The position numbers were made by a program, and so were the translations under genes. DNA of 63,378 bases, filler included, from Hausera hauseri (lineage: Eukaryota), in assembly GCA_046269625.1 (NCBI GenBank). It is 12 parts of 12 records of this genome, joined end to end, with 100 filler letters (N's around TTAATTAATTAA, not from the genome) between each part and the next. Parts side by side here need not be neighbours in the genome. Positions count along the whole stretch, not along the records: positions 1 to 6,210 come from JBJURY010125651.1; positions 6,311 to 12,650 come from JBJURY010111099.1; 10 more parts are not named here. One strand, written 5' to 3'. Positions 1 through 12,297 of the stretch are shown in pieces (the first letter of the stretch is position 1; each line of letters opens with the position of its first letter). The notes beneath the pieces were generated by a model. It saw only the letters and a program-made list of their open reading frames with translations. It had not been told where the DNA came from and did no database searches.

Positions 1-542
1 AGCATGGAAAGCTAATACGTGAAAGCGATGAGAGCCAGAATAAGAAGAGCGGTTGAATTCTGTCAACCATCAAGAGATTGCTTGTGTATGTGCACAAGTA
101 CTCTTCAATGGAAGCAGTTCTTATATTCAGCTTCCGGAATGGATCGCTAATAAAAAGCATGTGTCAATATCCATAATAATGACAACATGTATTTCATGTA
201 TGCCATTTTATGTAAACTCGTACAGGATCAAATACATGCAGCAAATCGAGTTTGACTATATAATGATCTGAAGCACAACTGTGACGTCCAATGTATCACA
301 TTCCCTCCATCCGTAGATGAAATTAAGAAGTTCAGCCGAATCAACAACATATCCATCAACATCATTGGATTGGATGAGGAGAACAAATTTTTTCCCCTGC
401 ATATATATGATACTGAATTGGAACATCATAGAGATCTGCTCCTGCTAGACGATGGAGAAAAGAAACATTATGTTTGGATCAAGAACTTTGAGCATCTAAT
501 CAGATCCCAAATTACGAAAGATTCGGAAAGAATGCAAATATG
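1..542 (+). pseudogene. Polinton/Maverick protein-primed PolB N-terminal fragment, frameshifted, truncated by an LTR
   Basis: GSSSYIQLPEWIANKK...NNDNMYFMYAILC...NNISINIIGLDEE...DLLLLDDGEKKHYVWIKNFEHLI matches the conserved N-terminal region of Polinton pPolB. It is divergent from the three copies further on. Confidence 0.8.
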
Positions 543-1276
543 TGTTACAGTTTGGGTGGCTCTAAACGTCTCCCACTATAACAACGTTTATACTAATTTT
601 ATATCGCTTTTTAAGCAGGTTAGGATTACTTGTTCTCGAGTAATCTGCTTGTGCCTTAATAAGTTTTAAAGATTTTACTATGTGTTGCTGGTACTGCGTG
701 NNNNNNNNNNTGTCTTAAGTTACAAAAGGTTCGTCTTAGCTATATGAATTTAAGTAGTAGTTTACCTTAGGGTAGTACAAATCGTCCTTAAGGGACAATG
801 GAAAACTATCTAGAAATTTAGCAACCAAAAAATAACAGAATTACCCTCTATTCTTCAACACCAACAATACAATACGCTTTCAGTAAGATCAAATACTAAT
901 AACGTTAATATCAAATAATGTCTTTCAACTTCAATGAGTTCTTGTCAATGATATCGCTTGAGTAGTTTTTTCGGATTTTTCCGACTCTAAGTCGTGCACT
1001 GGATTGTTCAACTTCTAATTTCTCATGGGCTGCTTATATAGGTTTTCGACCGGATTCAACTTTGATAATTTACAATTTATTTTACATTGTTCTTCATTAC
1101 AGTCGAATTGTTTATTTTAATTTTCATTTACGATGCAGGTACAATCATTTTATATTCTCCGAATCAATTCTATAAATAATTACTAAATTCTAATCATATG
1201 TATATACAATCTCAAAATTCGACAATATCAATTGATAATCAATGACTATACATTTTAACTAGCTTGACCTATGACA
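543..1276 (-). mobile_element. Putative 3' LTR of a retrotransposon (contains a 10-N gap)
   Basis: On the minus strand it starts TGTCAT directly after the purine tract AGGGAGGAAAAA (1277-1288) and ends GTAACA where PolB homology stops. TATATAA at 1034-1040. Confidence 0.6.
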
Positions 1277-1742
1277 TTTTTCCTCCCTGAGCGGCATCCT
1301 CGGATGAGCCATTTGCGTCAGAAGATGTGGCGCAAAACGTTTCAGGTCGTCTCAGTCGATTCATCCTTTTGTCTAAATCCGATGGTGAGTTTTGATGTTC
1401 TCGACGTATTTCGGGATTCGTTTCTAGGCTGTAACTGTAATAAGGTTTAATCCGGACGATACGGGTATAGCTCCCGTTGTAATAATATTTTAACTCGGTA
1501 GCTTCTGCCCAGCATACTGGACAGGTTGTTTTTCCATTGTCGAGTGTCCATTTCTCCAGACAGTCTTGACAGTATTTATGACGACAGTTTTTATTGTCCC
1601 AAACCGTATATCCTTGTTTCAAATTTGCCTCACATACGGAACATTCGCTATTCTCTTTGTCCCAATCATCCCAGATCCACTTGGATGATTAATTCAATAG
1701 GCTTAAATACGAGACCATCTCTACCTTGATATAAGTAGCCAT
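1269..1742 (-). pseudogene. RING-HC (C3HC4) zinc-finger protein, putative E3 ligase, one in-frame stop
   Basis: ATG at 1742: MATYIKVEMVSYLSLLN*SSKWIWDDWDKENSE-CSVC...CRHKYCQDC...CPVC. The last codons overlap the PPT and LTR start. Confidence 0.75.
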
Positions 1743-1752
1743 GGATTACTTT

Positions 1753-2310
1753 TTATTTGGGGTTAATTGAGCTCTTACGGGGGTCGCAATTTACTTGGAT
1801 TAAGGTCCAGTCTGCTATAGCATCTTTGTCCAGATCGGGAATATTCCCTTCTATCTTATACTTCTGATATTGTTTTTTCAGCAATACTCGGATTTGTTTG
1901 TCCATCGGAACTACTATTTTCCCTGTTCTTTTTGAGCGGAATAGTGACGTGAGATAGGTTCCAAGTCTAGTGTTCTCCCATACATAGGTATTTTCGAATA
2001 CTTCTCTGGCTGACGCAAGTTTGATGAAGAACATTGCTTCCTTTATTATTTTCCTACTGTAGTATTCTGTGGTTATCAACATCCTAGGAAATTCTTGGCT
2101 TGTTTTAAAATGTACATCCTCTTTACTTCTTTTTCCTATCAAGGTATTGATTTCCGTTATTATGGGATTCCTAATTCCCTTCTTTAGTGGTCTTATGTTT
2201 TGAAAAGTGCTTGTTTGATTCTGTTGGTTCTGTACTTCTTTTCCTTCTTTTGTTTTTCGCCTTTTGAATAGGTAGTTGTATATGGATGTTACGACCCCTT
2301 AAATAACATT
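1753..2310 (-). CDS. Unknown accessory ORF (5' end frameshifted)
   Basis: The frame is open from about 2295 to 1753, the stop lies inside AATAAA, and it sits 10 nt upstream of the RING ORF. No family recognised. Confidence 0.4.
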
Positions 2311-2554
2311 TTAGTCAATTGTACCTTCAGTGGACACATTCAATGAATTGAATGTAACAATGTAATTGTGACGTGTCATTTGTAACTTATGACGATAAAA
2401 TGATTATAAACGAATATTGATTTAAACCTTTTGTATATTTCAATTGATTAAAAATTTCGTTTCAATTACCTTTTGTTTTAACATATTAAGTCCCACATGA
2501 TGGACATTCCTATTTTTCCTGTTTTTTGTACAATTAATGTATCTCTAGCTCTAG

Positions 2555-2620
2555 ATGAGTAAACTGAAAAGATATGTTATAAAAAATGAATGAGTAGACT
2601 GAAAAGATATGTTATAAAAA
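2555..2620 (+). repeat. Direct repeat, 2 copies, 35-bp period
   Basis: atgagta(a/g)actgaaaagatatgttataaaaa at 2555 and 2590. Confidence 0.85.
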
Positions 2621-2729
2621 GCGAAATCGAATAATTAGAAAATATAATTTTGAATATTACAAATTATTGAATAATTATAAAATTGAAATTATAAATGCAA
2701 AAAAATGGAATAAAAAATTAAAAGTACCA

Positions 2730-2893
2730 TTCTAAAAATGGAACCAAACGACATGGTGTCGAACATTCCAATTTTGAAAATTAAAAATTCCATTTCTAAA
2801 ATGGAACCAAACGACATGGTGTCGAACATTCCAATTTTGAAAATTAAAAATTCCATTTCTAAAAATGGAAACAAACGATATGGTGTCGAACGA
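2730..2893 (+). repeat. 63-bp tandem repeat, about 2.6 copies, immediately upstream of a TATA box
   Basis: aaaatggaaccaaacgacatggtgtcgaacattccaattttgaaaattaaaaattccatttct repeated; TATAAA at 2899-2904. Confidence 0.9.
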
Positions 2894-2898
2894 CCCAG

Positions 2899-3080
2899 TA
2901 TAAATACCTGTTCAATAAACACTCAAAAAACTCTCGAACCTATTCAATTTCATTTTTACAGATCACAGACTAGGTTAGGTCCTATAGCAGTTTACGGAAA
3001 TCATTGTTATATTATTAGGAAACTAACAATGGCTGAGGGAAGCAATGTCTACGACAACCGTTCATCCGAAGGAGTATTGG
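2899..3080 (+). promoter_or_regulatory. TATA box plus short first coding exon (MAEGSNVYDNRSSEGVL, phase-1 donor)
   Basis: TATAAA at 2899; ATG at 3029; G|GTAACT donor at 3081, followed by AT-rich intron-like DNA. Confidence 0.45.
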
Positions 3081-5334
3081 GTAACTTTTCAGTTTATTCA
3101 TGAGTATTTTGTTTATGTAATTTTGTATTAATAATAAAAGTTTTTTTAAAAAAAAATAAATTGAATTATGAGTATGTGTTGTGCAAAATTGTGTAACGGG
3201 AATGCCCAAGGCGTGACGGAGCGATTGAATCGGAATCTCTCGGAGGACCCAACGAATGGAAATACATGATGAATGTGCAATCGATTGGATGAAGTGATCA
3301 AACAGAGGCATGTACATGAAGCAATGTGGAACTCAGGGTTTATGATGGGACGACGGCACCACCGGATTACCATAGATGACATGAATGGTTGGTCCCGTCA
3401 AACATTTCGAGATATTGCAAGTATTATAAATAAATTGGGTTTGTGGTTGAATGTCGGTGTCTTAATATTTATAGCTTGAATATTTTATTTATAGTATTAA
3501 CATACTTTAATAGCATCGTTGTGGAAATATAATTTAGATTTAGTTTCTAAAAATTTTATTGGATTGCGGAGAATTAAAAGTATTCTAGAGGGGTATGCGG
3601 ATCAGGAATTTATGACGGGCAGGTCATTGCGACATAATTAACGTATAGTTATTTTGGAGCGATGACAGTAGAATCGCAATGATTGTGATCACATTCTGTA
3701 GTGTGTTATGACGAAACATTATGATGCGTATATGTGTTATAAATTGTTGCATAAATGCAAATAAAACAGTCGACGCGCGTGAATTAGATTTGTTCGGAAG
3801 TATAAATAAGTTATGACTCACACGTGTATTCCGAAAAACCCGCAGGTATGTTTACCAAAGGGATGACGTTGTCGGGTTGTAATGTTTAGTCAATTAAAGA
3901 ATGAACAGGACACTATGACGTATATGAATTGCGTTTGATTATTGGAATGGTGCGTATAATCTGCGAGGAAACCATGCCTGATAACATTTGACTAGGGAGT
4001 TGTAACGGAAGGTTAGAATTCGAGATGAGTATAATTTTAAATCTGAAATCGACATAGTCATTCTTCCAGACGGTGGTGATGTTGTTGCTGGGCCGGTCTC
4101 CTTGTATTGATTGTTCATTGTTTGTGATATAACGTTCACATTAATTACATGTAACATATGCAGTAATAACTATGATCCTACGCCCTATTTTTATTCGCCA
4201 TGTTTAAGATAACATTTAACGACTGAGTTAAAGTATTCACCGATAGGAAAGGAATTAATAAGCCTTGTCGTGTTTGAATGATAGAGGTGAGAATTAACTG
4301 ACAATGAAGCCTGAAATTGTTATCATGTTGTGAGCAGATTTTAAGCGAAGCACGTAAAATATTAGGAAACCTTGGATGTGGGGAGTGTTAGGAGAAATGA
4401 TAGTGGTTTGCTTATCATGGTGCCGGAGATAGATGATTCCTTCAATTATTGCTGCCAAGTACGGCTCAGATAGGACGATGGAATTTACGATGGTTACATT
4501 AACTCTTTAATTTTTACTGCTTTACGTTTATGATTTTGCAAATTTGAATTTGATTTGATCTTACGCCTCATGAATATCATGTTCCCTTCAGTTGATACCC
4601 ACGCACGTAGTTTTGCTGATAAACGTGCCGTGAACAGTAATAAAAAGAGTTTACTGACTTAGTTTTTACATTCGTAAAAAATCTTACATGCGGTGCATAC
4701 CGTGGATTGATAATTGTGTGGAAATGTCCTTCATGTATTTGGGATTCCTTCCATCTTTTATTGAAAGAGGGAAATCAATATCCCCGTTTATATATCCGAA
4801 CATATGCGATGCAAACCGTACGATCCGAAGAGAAATCCGACAATCGCCGAATTTAAAGCGAGATGTTGTCGAAAATACTCCCATAAAATCTGTCAGTTAA
4901 TTGTAGTGATACAGATGATCCTGAAAAACGAGGAGAGGATCCATTTGCGATATACGATGATCGATTACCATAATCACGAATATAGGTACGATCGATCGAA
5001 CGGAAATGATTTATAAACATAGGTGCTGATAGACAGGCATAATCTGATGAATTCTGAAAGTGTGCGTGCATGCAGTTACAGTGCGAGAATCTTAAGACAT
5101 CTGATAAAGTTCACTATGATTAAAATTGAAGTATGTGCTACCTCGAGCAAATAAGAGATAAACGATCATTTGGAGGTAAACCGGTTAAAACGCAGATTGG
5201 AATGCGTGGTGTGTTCTCAATGCGGTCTACGGAAGAAACGACGTATATATATTTAAATTATATACGCGACGATGGAGACACAGTACCACCAGGTGAAAGC
5301 AGAATTGAACGACTAAATTTTCAGAATACTATTG

Positions 5335-5410
5335 TCCTTAGTTGGAATCGAACTAGATACCATACATTGCAAGTCCATATCCTTAGTTGGAATCGAACTA
5401 AATACCATAC
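5335..5410 (+). repeat. Direct repeat, 45-bp period
   Basis: tccttagttggaatcgaacta(g/a)ataccatac at 5335 and 5380. Confidence 0.85.
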
Positions 5411-5727
5411 TTTGTTTCGGAATTAATTTTAAAAAAGGGTTGAAGATGAAGGAAAAAACTGGATTAAGCCTGCCGATATGCCTAAATACGAAGATTACGT
5501 AATTCCTTGTTATATGTTCAATAATCGTAGGCGCAGGTATTTTATATACCGTACCGCCCTCGGACTCCCCCTTCAGGTCCTGTGAAAACCTTTATATGTT
5601 GTCCCAAATAACGAATTACCCGAATAAATATAATATCATTTCTGTATTAAAAGGACCAACATGGATAATGTTTTACTGGGTTTGGGTTTCTTTTCTATTC
5701 TCATTTTTTTAATTATTGTTGCTGGTC

Positions 5728-6210
5728 TTATTTCTTCCCTTCGATCTTTTGGGGTTTTGATGTTCCTTGTAGTATCTTTTTTTCCCTAATTGTTAATGAT
5801 TCCATCCTGTTTTCGGTTCCTTGTTCTGGTACAGTAATCTGGAGGCTATGTTTGTCCGTAAGCTGAATGGTTCGAATTGGGGAATAAAGTTTTATGTTTT
5901 TCCTATATTTTCCATCTATCTGTTCAGGGTTTATAGAGCTGCGTAGATTATGCCTAGGGTTTTTAGGGGTCCATTCGTGTTCCCATTTCAGCTTAAGATA
6001 AATTTTTTGTAAATATTTGGACCGTTGGCTAGCTGTCAGAAGTCTTGGTATTTTACTGGGGTTGTCGCTCATTGCTTCGATGGTTATTTTAAAGAAGGCT
6101 TCCGGTGCGGTTGGTCGGTTTCTTCCTTGTATCGTCTTTTCCATCCGTTCTTGGACTATTGGATGAGAGGCTATTTCCCTAAGTCCGGCAATATTTGCAT
6201 CGGATATCCC
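5728..6210 (-). CDS. Unknown ORF, 5' end in the gap
   Basis: Frame open from the contig edge (GISDANIAGLREIASHPIVQERMEKTIQ...) to the stop at 5728. A-rich coding strand like the other retroelement accessory ORFs. Confidence 0.4.
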   Translation of the reverse strand, partial: GISDANIAGLREIASHPIVQERMEKTIQGRNRPTAPEAFFKITIEAMSDNPSKIPRLLTASQRSKYLQKIYLKLKWEHEWTPKNPRHNLRSSINPEQIDGKYRKNIKLYSPIRTIQLTDKHSLQITVPEQGTENRMESLTIREKKILQGTSKPQKIEGKK

Positions 6211-6310
6211 NNNNNNNNNNNNNNNNNNNNNNNNNNNNNNNNNNNNNNNNNNNNTTAATTAATTAANNNNNNNNNNNNNNNNNNNNNNNNNNNNNNNNNN
6301 NNNNNNNNNN
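6211..6310. other. Artificial contig linker (first of 11; others at 12651-12750, 18870-18969, 22965-23064, 27076-27175, 32677-32776, 37312-37411, 41983-42082, 47604-47703, 52793-52892, 57564-57663)
   Basis: Identical 100-nt N44-TTAATTAATTAA-N44 block, a palindrome with stops in all six frames, recurring between unrelated sequences. Confidence 0.97.
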
Positions 6311-7038
6311 ATTTCGGTGTCTGAAACAATTTGATTGTGAATCGTGTGATTATTATCCAACTATAACACAAACGACAGATTGCCAACAAAATTCATGAAA
6401 ACAAACAGAACGCAAACTATGATCTTCAACAGTGTTAGTGGATTGCGTTTCTACCATTCCGACCTCAACGTCATTCGATGATTCTAAGACTGAATTATGC
6501 ATCAGAAATTTATTATAAAAGTTTGTATAACAATTATCTCCTTTACTCATTAAATGATTCTTCTTTTCAACCTGTTTTTGAATTTCCTGAATTTATATTG
6601 GCTGTTTATTAATTTCACTTTGAATTAAATTTAAACATTAATATTCGTTTAAATTTCTCCTCACAAACAGTATGCCGATTTTATTCAATTTTATTCCGCG
6701 AAACATGAACTTTAACGATTTTTATAGTTTTGTGAAAGGACATAAAGCAAAAACTATTCTGAAACCGAAATGTCAATTTTGGCCAGCATGTTGTTTTACT
6801 CCTAGTTGCTTGAAAAACCTTTTAGTACTATTTCAATTGTTTTCTTAATTAAATCTATTAGGAAATTTTACTTCATCAAATGTTGAACAGAAAAAAGATG
6901 TCTAAAATGAAACTTAGCTTGAACAATGGGAAAACAAAAAAAAAAGAATTAAGAAATGACAATACCGACATGTAATTAAAAACTATTAAATGAGAAACAT
7001 AAATAAATTAATTCATGTACAATCATTAAATATTCCTT

Positions 7039-10000
7039 TTAATATCCTTGTTGTCCATAGGAAAAGTACTGTGGATAATTCCCGTAACTATCATTGGATG
7101 GATACTGATTGTACGTAGAAGCATTCTGGTTGTACGACGAACTATTTTGGTTGTATGACGAAGTATCGGGATACTGTGTCATTGAACTTTGATCGTACAT
7201 ACCATCAGCCGCATTTTGAGTAACAGCAGGAGTACCCTGGGTAGCTTGTTTCATTCCATAATTCGTGTTAGAGGCAGTAGTATCGCTGCCATATGAACCT
7301 GACTGTGCGTATGTATTAGTATTTGTCTGGCTATAATATCCGGTGCTATACGATGTACTATTGTACCCACCACTAGACGTATCATAACAACTGCTGTACG
7401 GATTCGTATAGTTACTATTGCCCGAATACTCAGTTTGTGATGAATCACCAACGTAATTCTGCTGCTCTTCGGAATAGTAATCATAATTGCTATAGTTTTG
7501 GTCATATGTTGAACTATCATACGACTGATAATTATCATAGTTTCCGGTGGCTATTTGCTGCTGGTCATTGTCGTCAAATTGCTGCGACACCATACCGCTG
7601 TTGTATGGCGGTTGGTACGGTTTTTGTTGTTGCGGTAGATTTCTTTGTTGGTTACCAAACTTCCCACCACGACCACCTCTTGGATTGCCATATGAACTTA
7701 TCTGTTGTGTTTGTTGCTGGTCACCAAATCCACCAGTTGCAGAATATGAGTTAACACCACCTTGGGCATTATCAAATCTCGATTGTCCTTGTTTATAACT
7801 TCGATTTCCATCATACGTTCCTTGTACAGGTTGACCGTACGTATTTCCTTGATTCATGTATCCCGCAGTACCGGCACCCCTACTACCTCTATTCGAACCA
7901 CTACCTCGACCCCCTCTACTATCACCACCTCTCTTATTATATGATGGTTGCACTGACATATCGGATCCCCTTCCTCGCGCATTCCGATTAAATTGTGCCC
8001 CACCGGGAATTGCTGAAAACGGTTGTGACTGAGGTCCAGTTTGTTGAATCGAACCACTGATCATATCATTATCAGTGTTATATGTATAGTCATCAAAATT
8101 TCTGTTGAATGGATCAGTCTGGTTGTCGTTATAATCAGATGGCATATTTCGACCACTAAATTGCTTTTGTTCACTGGAAGCAAATTCCTGATAACCCGGT
8201 TTACTTTGAAATGAGTCGGAATTGTCTCTATCGAATCTGCCGCCCCTTGATGCGGACTGTGCACCTCTACCTCTTCCTCTATTATCGCCTCTGTCCGATT
8301 GCCATGGTTTCTCTCGGTCATAACCAGAATTACCCGACATACCACCATATTGGAATGGCTGTGCCAAACTAGAGGAATATTGAAAATGAGACTGACCAAC
8401 ATCACCAAAAGTACGAGGTCCTTGGCCATAAGAATCTTGCCTTTTATCACCAAAGCCGCCAACTGATTTATAATCGTACGTGTTGTCACCTTGTCGCCGA
8501 TCTCCAAAATCTTCATTTGACCTCTTATCATTAAATCCACCAGTCTGTTGTCTGTCTCCACTATACGAATTGTTGAACCGTCTATCTCCAAACCCATCAG
8601 TCTGACGCCTGTCTGAAAATCCGCCACTCTGACGTTTATCACCAAAAGCTTCATTTTGCCGATCAGAAAAGTTTGACCCGTATTGTTTACCCCCAAATGA
8701 ACCTGACTGACGTCTATCACTAAATTCACCTTGGCGTTTATCACCATATCCACCTCGTCCACTTCTACCACCGAATTGTCCTTGGTCTCCTTCTCTGGAC
8801 TTATTCCTATCATCTCCCGATCTACCACTTCTGTCATCACGACTGTCTCTTCCTCCACGACCAAATTGACGATTATCAGCCCTAACATTACCTAGTCGAC
8901 TACCGGACGACCCACCTCGTCGACCTTGTCCAAATCGACTACCCTGATCTAACAGATCATTAAGATATAGAACTGAATGATAAAGATACCTCTATCCCGG
9001 CTATTTCTGTCTGAAGAACTGTGATGGCCATCATCACTATCGTTTGCTTCTCTTGAAAAACAAAATCCACCTCTACAAATACAATCAAATACAACATTCG
9101 AAACAACGCGAACTTGTAACTAGTTTTTTTTGAATCACTCGACTCATAGGATCGACTGTCTTTCGATTTAGAACCTCTATCCTCATCCTCATTTCCCCAA
9201 CGGCTTTTCTTCACTGGCGGTTCGTTAGAGTTCGCTTTTGTTTTTGGAGACGAATTCCAAAGACCGTATTGATCCTTTTCGATTTCTTCCCCTGCAGTTG
9301 CTTTATTGTTCTTATTCCTGGCTTCTTCGTTATATCGTTTCACCAATTGTTCCGCTTCCGCTCGTTGTAAATCAACGAAAATTATTTCGTTAAACATGTC
9401 AGCTTCAGGAATGACGAAATTTTCTACAAGATTAATGGTAAAATTAAATCAACGAAAACATAAATTGGTAAGTGAATAAGGCAGACACATTAGGAAGTCA
9501 CGAAATATGTTTTGGAATGTGAAGAAAACGTTACATAACCAGTCTCTAAAACATTTTATAAGTTCTAAAATACCAAATTTGTAAAACTTAATATTTACAG
9601 TAACGCCAGGATCTTCAGCTGAATGCACAACAGAATCAGGATGTTCCTAACTTTACCAAGAGCATTTGAGCGTTGTATAAAATATATAAACTTCATTGTT
9701 GGATTTAACAAATACATTTTGTAAATTGACTGGAGGTTGAATAGTATTCTGAAAATTTAAGATCTACAGCAAAAACAAATAACAATTGACTGTAGAAGTT
9801 CGTGAACATTGTACATGTCACAGACAATTGCAAACCGTGTCCGGTGTCTAACTTCAGGATCATCCACTGAATAGTTTAAATCAGCGGATTTGCAACCCGC
9901 ACAAGCATGTTTCAACATAGTATAGAATACAAACTTCGGTGTTGGGTTTAACAACTACATTTTATAAATAGAATGAAGACCGAATGGTATTCTGAAAATA

Positions 10001-12297
10001 AAAGATCTACTGCAAGAACTGTAGAAGTTTGAGTGTCACAGATAGCTACAAACCGTATCCGCAACACGTCAACTAAGCCCGTTCAATCTAACCAAATTTT
10101 ACGAATCCTATAAATGTTGCCGTTCCACTCTAGTGGTGACAATAATGGCTTTATCACAGCCATTACAGTAAACTTAACCTGTCGATAGCACGCACTGTGA
10201 AATCTTAGAAGAATCACAAAAAACAGTAGAATCAAACGACAATATTTAGGATTTCGGTAACGTATGAGTAGGCAAACCTTTCATTTGTAGCACAGCACTC
10301 TCTGGCACATCTTTGCCTTCTTCTGTGATAACCTGATTCATTCGTCGCTGATATTCATCGTCAGGTGGGACAATTACAATCGCTTTGCGTTTGAATCCTT
10401 CAAATTGAGACATTCTACGGCGTTGAGCCGTTGGATAAACATTTGTCTAAAGTGCGAATAATAAAGATTGTCTAATTTCGTCAATAAAACTATAAAATAA
10501 AAATTCCTAAAGTGCGTGTAGTAATGATTGTTGATTTGAATTTTCAAATTAATTTTCATTTGAGAAATGAAACCATGTCAAATAACATTAGCTCCTCAAT
10601 AGTATCGTAAATATATTCCGTTTTTACAACGTGTGAATTTATTTTTAATTAATAAATTCCGTTAATTGCAGGAAATTTGTACGAATAATTTAAATAAATA
10701 AATAAATATCAAGAAGCAACATTTCCCGATACATAACTAGTGATATTCAATTGTGTTTATTGAATGATATTATTGTAGATATAACTTGTAACGCCGCGTT
10801 TCTATCGATTACCTGTATAAGTTCTACTTACCGACCTAAAAAAGACCCTACCAATTTCGACAATGTGCAATAAACATTCAATTCCAGAACGACAACCAGT
10901 CTAAACATCTTTCAGAAATTTTGCCCAAAAATAACGTATGACAATATCTTCCGTCTGATACACCTAATTGCTTTATCGTTACTTCTCTATTGACGTATTC
11001 ACATCCTATTTTACTTGTCAAGCAGTTTTTATCTATCATGATTAACCACCAGTAACATACATTTCTAATCCATATCGATATTCCTATTTATTAAACTTCG
11101 ATTATTCTGTCCCTCTGACACGCCTATTTTAGCCTCTTATTAGATGCATGGATTCTATCCATATTTTCTTAATATCCGATTCATCCGACAAACATGAGTT
11201 AATACAAGGATGCGGATTTTCAGTCTCACTACCGACTAATTGTGGTTTTGAGTAACGTTTTATTGACACCCGTCGAAATTAGTAAGATCTATATTTTGAA
11301 GACGATTGTAAAACTATTTTAATTTTCGTAAAATATTTCAATATTAACGGAAAATGAATATAATCACAAACGTCAATACGTATTAACAGTAATTACAAAC
11401 CTGATCTAAAATATAATTTCTTTTTCGTGATGCGGCAATTTCAAACAATTTATTCAAACACTGTGTGGCAATCTGAATAAAAGATTCCCATTTGCTATTA
11501 CTGACTTTCTTTCGCAATTGGTTTGCCTAATTTCGTCACTAATAAAAAGAAATTATAATATATTGAAACCTTCATCAATTCCAAAACGTTGTTAATACTA
11601 ATCAAATTATACTGTTTGTCGACGTTTGTTTTCACGTGATTATCACACCATGTCGTCTTGCCGCAACTTGGTAGACCGCACATCATTAAAACTTCACAAT
11701 CACTTTTGGCTTTTGGTGTTCTTCCGCTTCGAGTTCGTCGATTTTGATTGACTATCCCAATAAAACTCCACATTATATCAATGATGAATTTTGAGCCATC
11801 GTTTTCGGTGGAAACCAAGGGTTTAATTGACCAAAATTTACTACATAATTACCACTTCTTACAGAAATGTGCGGAAATAAAAACTGATTCTTTAATTCAC
11901 TATGCATTTTTACATTGATTGAATATCGAACAATGAAATAATCAGCTGAAAATTCCAAGAAACAACCAATAACGTCACCAACGCCATATTCAGTGCCATA
12001 ATCAGCGCATCGACTTTCAGTCATTTTAGCATTGTTTTCAAATGAAAATGATTGTATTTCTTCTCCTAGTTTTAATGAACTACTGCCAACTGGCCAACCA
12101 ATTCTAATTACATCATTTTCGCCTAATTCGCTCTTTGACTCCACGTCGTTATATTTATGAATTTTTACTTTGAAATACGCCTTACCACTCTTCACGCCGT
12201 AATTTTCATTAACCCACCGCATAATACTCAAAACCATCTTCTTTTAATGGCTGAACTTTAAATCCGCATTTTTCGACAAACTACATTTAAGTCTACG
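7039..12297 (-). CDS. HNRNPUL1: hnRNP U / hnRNP U-like 1 family gene (SPRY, P-loop NTPase, long RGG/QY-rich tail); 5' end missing; SPRY exon has frameshifts
   Basis: SPRY ([14 protein letters not shown]...IRIGW...LGEE...[10 protein letters not shown]), [26 protein letters not shown]|[24 protein letters not shown]. Phase-consistent exons: ~12297-11570, 11526-11401, 10446-10278, 9423-9114, 9072-8990, 8948-7039. Confidence 0.9.

Noticed and set aside
1623-1742. Rbx1/APC11 mimic suggested by KWIWDDW...CSVC
   Set aside because: Ligand spacing is RING-HC (CxHxxCxxC), not RING-H2; the resemblance is too short to support.
2730-2893. CRISPR-like array or real ORFs 2738-3103 / 2689-2922
   Set aside because: Head-to-tail tandem repeat without unique spacers in a eukaryotic context; the ORFs are by-products of the 63-bp period.
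6255-6266. Recurring palindrome TTAATTAATTAA as a biological repeat or recombination site
   Set aside because: Always centred in a fixed 100-nt N block; it is an artificial linker. ORFs ending in X runs are artefacts of it.
8061-8888. 275-aa overlapping ORF, and antisense ORFs at 7437-7944
   Set aside because: Alternative-frame shadows of the low-complexity RGG exon.
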